Origin: the human T2T-CHM13v2.0 reference genome, Homo sapiens
Length of the DNA stretch: 64,000 bases
NCBI RefSeq assembly: GCF_009914755.1
Contig: NC_060931.1
Direction: 5' to 3' (one strand)
Shown here piece after piece: positions 55,086 to 64,000 of this stretch (the first letter of the stretch is position 1; each line of letters starts with the position of its first letter). Below the pieces are notes generated by a model. It saw nothing but the letters and a program-made list of their open reading frames with translations. It did no database searches and was not told where the DNA came from. A program made the position numbers and the translations under genes.

Positions 55086-56630
55086 GAAGGCTGAATAGAT
55101 TATTTCTACAGAAAAAAGTTCTTTGAAAGTTAATCAACATAATAATTTTAACATCACATATAAAAATGTTAAAATATTAAATTATGAAAAATGAGATTCG
55201 TATCAACTGGGAAATGAAACTGGATAAATAATTCTTTATGAAACAAACTCACACATCTGAGGGAGGCCATATTAGCTGTTAATCTTGTTGAGAAGGTACC
55301 TGTTTAAAGCTTCAATCTACAACATCAAACCTATTGAATTGTTCAAAACCAAATATATGTTTTAATAAGTTAGAAGTATGTTAAAATTAAATCAATTTTC
55401 ACCCAAAATACAAGTTCAAAAATGTGTAGAATAATTTCAACATGTTGTATAAAATTTCTAAAAGTTTTATATTCCTGTAGTGATAGCTGTCCACTCTTGG
55501 GAAACTTTCCTGTCAAAACTAAGAAAAATAGGGTTATATACAACATGGTACCTACAATTATGAGGTGTATGGCTTACCAATTGTTTTAATTGATAGAGTA
55601 AATCATATTTACAAAATTCATACATGCTAAGCACATTGTGTATCTTTATTTTTGCCTGTCTTCTTCCCTGAACAAACACCATAGACATTCATTATGGATA
55701 CTCAACTTGCTAGCTCTAGAAACAGATAAAGTGAAGATAATCAAAGCTATATGGCTGGAAGATAGTTTTGGGCAATGTGAAATCATTAACATATTGTAAG
55801 AAAGCCCCTAATTCATAGTAAATGTTATGTTGAAGTATTTCTTTGAAAAGATTTGTTGTTAAAATACTAATTTATTGCTTCTCAAAATGTATTGAACAGC
55901 ATACAACATAGGAAAAGCTTGCCAAAAGCAAAATGACATTTTGACAAGAACACTAAATTTAGTTTTCTTAATTAGTATTTTAACAACAAATATTTTCAAA
56001 GAAATATTTCAAAAAAACCATTTACTTTTAAAGTGGAAGTATGGGAAATAAATGTTTATTTTACTGCCATTTCATTAGGAAATGGGGAGTGGATGGTCCA
56101 CCTCAAGAATTAAAGTTTCTTAAGATTACTGTGGTTTGTTGTGTCATTTCTATGCATTAATAACTGAAGTTGAGGAGTTTATAGCTGATTATTTTGGAAA
56201 TAAACTTGTTAATACTTTCTCTGGAACTTTTGTTTTGAGACTTGAAAAATGTCTATGAATTTTTTGTTGCAGTAAGGAAGATAAAAAGTTTAGAAATTGC
56301 ATGCTTCCCTTATTACAATATAACCTGCCTTTATGTTTGTCTAAATGGCTTTGTCTTCAAGTAGGTAGAGCCCTAAATATAATATAGAATAACAGACATG
56401 AGTTTTTTAAAAATTTCAAAATACTGTTGGCAATAGTTATTTAGAATTCAGAATATATTTTCTTTTATGGAAAAAGAAATAGTAAGTTTTAAGTAACTCC
56501 TAAGGTTAACAATACATATATATAATCCAATGTGTAGCTGAACAATAAAATTAAATACAATAGTTTAATTTATTAAGTGGTCAGTGACTTATTTTAATCA
56601 CTAAAATCCGTGTTAAGACTACGTCATTTA

Positions 56631-56914
56631 GGCCTCGTGCGGTTGCTCGTGCCTGTAATCCCAGCACTTTGGGAGGCAGAGGCGGGTGGATCTCTTGAGC
56701 TCAGTAGTTCGAGACCAGCCTGGGTAAAATAGCAAAACCCTATCTCTACAAAAAATACGAAAATTAGCTGGGAGTGGTCGCACACGCTTGTAGTTCCAGC
56801 TACTTGGAGGATCGCTTGGGCCCGGGGAGGCAGAGGTGGCAGTGAGTCGAGATCACTCCACTGCACTCCAGCCCAGACAACAGAGTGAGACCCTTCCCTC
56901 TCCCCCGCCAAAAA
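56631..56914 (+). mobile_element. AluJb with small internal deletion
   Basis: J-type arms; perfect 16-bp TSD aagactacgtcattta (56615-56630 and 56915-56930). Confidence 0.88.
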
Positions 56915-57185
56915 AAGACTACGTCATTTAATCGTGGAATAGGTTTATACATTCAATATATAAGAAATTTAGAGTATTCATATCAATAAAATTTGAGTAC
57001 TCATATCCTATTTTCTTGACTATATATATTTAATATTGAACTTTTAAAATTGAATTTTAATACAGACTTTTGAAATTGTCAAACAAAAACAAACAAATGT
57101 ATTTAAATTCTGTTTCTAACGAAGATTATGGCCAAAATCTTTACTCTCATACTTAGAAATGATGAATAAATTGTAACTAAAAGTG

Positions 57186-57187
<2 letters not shown>

Positions 57188-57217
<30 letters not shown>
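57188..57217. repeat. (GT)15 microsatellite
   Basis: Direct reading. Confidence 0.95.
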
Positions 57218-57219
<2 letters not shown>

Positions 57220-57629
57220 TGTCAAAAATGAAGAAGGAGCATTTAAGAGCACAAGTTGATATTGCTTATCTAGGAGGTGATTATCAAATTCAGAAACAAA
57301 CTATAATGCCCAAGAATTTGAGCCATAATGTCCATGCAGAGACAAAAGATGAGACTTCAGGAGAAATTAAACACAAAGTTGGAACTAAGGCAGCTACACA
57401 AAGTTAGCATCTTCTGACTTTCCACCTTTGGTGATGATAAAAAAAAAAATTACAATGACCTAATATGAGTCGAGTTGTCATATCTCTGCTCAGTTCTTGG
57501 TAGAAATAGAAATATCGCATGAGAGTTCAAAATGAAGAGTGTGCCATACATAGGTTTGAAGTCTGATCCAAACTTGTTTATATATGTGAATCTTGTATAT
57601 ATGTGAATCTTGTATAAGATAAGTGAATC

Positions 57630-57847
57630 ATGAAATGGAAGCATTAAAATTGGTACTGGAGTCATAAAGATAGACATATAGGTAAGTGGAATGGAATTGA
57701 AAGTCCAGAATTAAACCCTTATAACTAAAGTCAAATTATTTTGGACAATGGTACTGTATTAGTCAGAGTTCTCCAGAGAAACAGACCAAACAAGATGCGT
57801 GTATGTATGTGTATATGTGGAATGACGGATACCAGTCTGCCTCTCTC

Positions 57848-57890
<43 letters not shown>

Positions 57891-59578
57891 GTGAGAGAGA
57901 AAGAGGGAGAGATTTATTTTAAGGAATTGGCTCATGTAATTGTGGAGACTTGGCAAGCCCGAAATATGTAGAGTAGGCTGGCAGACTATTGACCCAAGGA
58001 AGAGTAAAAGTTCAAGCCAAAGGCAGTCTGCTGCCAGGATTCCTTCTTGCTCAGAGGTCAGTCTTTGTTCTACTAAGGCCTGCAATTGCTTGCATGAGGC
58101 CCACCCACATTATGGAACCCATCCACATTATAGGGGGTAATCTCCTTTACTCAAAGTCTGCCAGTTTAAATGTTAATCTCATCCAAAAAAAAAAAAGCCT
58201 TCACAAAGCACATACAGAATAATATTTCACCAAATATCTGGGCACTGTGGCCCAGCCAAGTTGACACAAAAAAATTAACCAACACAGGTATCAAGACAAG
58301 AAGCAAAGGTTGTTTTTACACCAAATATTGCTGTAAAAGCTGAATACCCACAGGCAAAAAAAATGAGGTCGGACTCCTTCCTTAAACCATACACAAAAAG
58401 TGAACACAAAGTGGATCCTAGAGCTAATTTAAGAGCTGAAAATGTAAAAATCCTAGAAAAAAATAGGAATAAATCTTCATGAACTTGGTCTAGGTAATGG
58501 TTTATTAGATCTGATACCAAAAGCACAGTGACAAAAGAAATTTATAGGTAAATTGGACATCAAAACTTTTTAAAAAGTTGCTACAAATGATACCATGAAG
58601 AAAGTGAAAGGCAGCCCATTGGCTGGGAGAAAATCTTTGCAAATCAATAATTTATCTGATGAAGGACTGGTAGCCAGAATATAAATTCCTACAATTCAAT
58701 AATTAAAAGAGAAATCACATGTTTTAAAAATGGGTAAAGGACCTGAATAGACATGTCTCCAGAAAAGATATAAAGAAGACCAATAAGCACATAAAAAATG
58801 TTCAACATCATTATCCATTAGGGAAATACAAATCAAAATCATAATGAAATACCACTTCACACACACTAGAACTGCTAAAATAAAAAATATAGACCATAAC
58901 AAGTGTTTATGAGGAAGCGGAGAAACTGGAACTCTCAGACACAGCTGGTGAGAATGTAAAATGCTACAAACTGAAAAACAGTCAGTTCCTCAAAATGCTA
59001 TGCTGCTAAGCACAGAGTTACCAAATGGTGTGGTAGTTCCACCCCTGGGTGTATGCTAAAATATATATGAAAATGTACATCCACATAAAAACCTGTACAT
59101 GAACGTCCATATCAGCATTATTCATAACAGTCAAAAATTAGAAAAAACCCAGATGTTCGTCAACTGATGAAGGAATAAACAAAATGTGGTACATTTATAC
59201 AATGAAATATTATTTGATAATAAAAAGAAATAAAGTAATGATGCATGCTCCAACACAGATAAGCCTTAAAATATTATGCTAAGTGAAATAAGTCAGTCAC
59301 AAAAAACCACATATTTCATGATGTTGTTTATATAAAATGTTCAGATAAAGCAAATCCACAGCGACAGAAAGTAGATTATTGGTTGTTTGGAGGAAGGGAT
59401 GGAGTGAAGAGTAACTTCACGACACAGGTTTCCTTTTTGGAGTGATAAACTGTTCTAAACTTAGATTGTAGTGATGGTTACAGAATTCTATGAATATACT
59501 AAAGCCATAGAATTGCACAACTTAAATCAGAAAATTGTACAGTACCTAATCTAAATCTCAATAAAGATGTTAAAAAAA
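57630..59578 (+). mobile_element. L1MB-like ORF2 3' end and 3'UTR, split by MLT2
   Basis: gatagacatataggtaagtggaatggaattgaaagtccagaa...aatgaaataccacttcacacacactaga...tctcaataaagatgttaaaaaaa. Confidence 0.8.
57755..58286 (-). mobile_element. MLT2 (B/C-type) ERVL LTR with (CT)n(CA)n microsatellite
   Basis: tgtattagtcagagttctccagagaaacaga...aggaattggctcatg...gcccagccaagttgacac; TSD ggta(c/t). Confidence 0.85.
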
Positions 59579-59936
59579 TTGTTCCTGGGACAGTGGTACT
59601 CCTGAGAAACTTTGAAAAATAAATGTAAAACTACTAGAGACATGTTTCCATTATCTGTGCTGCACAAAATGCATATGGAGTAAATAATTGCTTTGGAAGG
59701 TAAGATTATTATGAAATATAAAAACAACTATAAGGAAATGATTTAACAAAAGTGCAATGAGCAAATATGAAAAAGATAATAGAAAAATCTGAGACAGAAA
59801 ACAAAATAGGTATACTTAATATAGTTAGAGCCACATATGAGCAGAATCCATAAGGAAATAATTAGACATTATAAAAAGAAACCAAGCTGATTTGAAAAAT
59901 CATCCTGTATAAATTTCAGACATTAAATTATGATTC

Positions 59937-63276
<3,340 letters not shown>

Positions 63277-64000
63277 CTCTCGGCAGAAACTCTACAAGCC
63301 AGAGGAGAGAGGGAGCCAATATTCATTATTCTTAAAGAAAAGAATTTTCAACCCAGAGTTTCATATCCAGCCAAGCTAAGTTGCATAAGTGAAGGGGAAA
63401 TAAAATCCTTTACAGACAAGCAAATGCTGAGAGATTTTGTCACCACCAGGCCTGCCTTACAAGAGCTCCTGAAGGAAGCACTAAACATGGGAAAGAGCAA
63501 CCAGTACCAACCACTGCAAAACCATGCCGAATTGTAAAGACCATCGATGCTGTGAAGAAACTGCATCAAGTAACGGGCAAAATAACCAGCTAACATCATA
63601 ATGACAGGATCGAATTCACACATAACAATATTAACCTTAAATGTAAATGGGAAAAATGCCTCAATTAAGACACAGACTGGCAAATTGGAAAAAGAATCAA
63701 GACCCATCAGTGTGCTGTATTCAGGAGACCCATCTCACGTGCAAAAACACACATAGGCTCAAAATAAAGGAATGGAGGAACATCTACCAAGCAAATAGAA
63801 CGCAAAAAAAAAAAAAAAAAAAAAAAAAAGCAGGGGTTGCAATCCTAGTCTCTGATAAAACAGACTTTAAACCAACAAAGATCAAAAGAGACAAAGAAGG
63901 CCATTACATAATGGTAAAGGGATCAATTCAACATGAAGAGCTAACTATCCTAAATATGTGTGCACCCAATACAAGAGCACCCAGATTCATAAAGCAAGTC
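63277..64000 (+). mobile_element. Inverted 5' segment of the same L1 (ORF1 3' end into ORF2 EN start)
   Basis: LSAETLQAR...[16 protein letters not shown] (ORF1), then atgacaggatcgaattcacacataacaata (ORF2 start) on the opposite strand. Confidence 0.9.

Overview
Primate (almost certainly human) genomic DNA, mostly repeats. I recognise it from memory, not by search, as the 5' end of POT1 (7q31.33). Three 5'-UTR exons lie on the - strand (exon 1 donor at 15198, exon 2 at 14219-14403, exon 3 at 978-1050). They are driven from a CpG-island promoter (~15130-15580) shared head-to-head with the + strand lncRNA POT1-AS1. No canonical protein-coding exon is in the window, and nearly all ORFs in the supplied track are Alu, L1, MaLR or HERV-H remnants. 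The rest is nested transposons: L1PB4, near-full-length L1PA13-15, a twin-primed L1PA6/7, THE1C/THE1D, LTR8, MER4, two MER41, MER67, MLT1/2, Tigger, Alus, L2 and MIR. Subfamily names come from recalled consensus sequences and are provisional. Best second-look signals: (1) a spliced upstream ORF of at least 65 codons across POT1 exons 2-3; (2) a diverged duplicate of exon 3 and its acceptor ~950 bp away; (3) an 84-nt, 37-bp-stem hairpin apparently made by template switching in an L2 tail; (4) a polyadenylated, U5-less HERV-H retrocopy with a perfect 81-bp duplication; (5) a MER41 LTR that keeps a GAS site and apparently donated a 35-bp patch to a neighbouring MER4 LTR.
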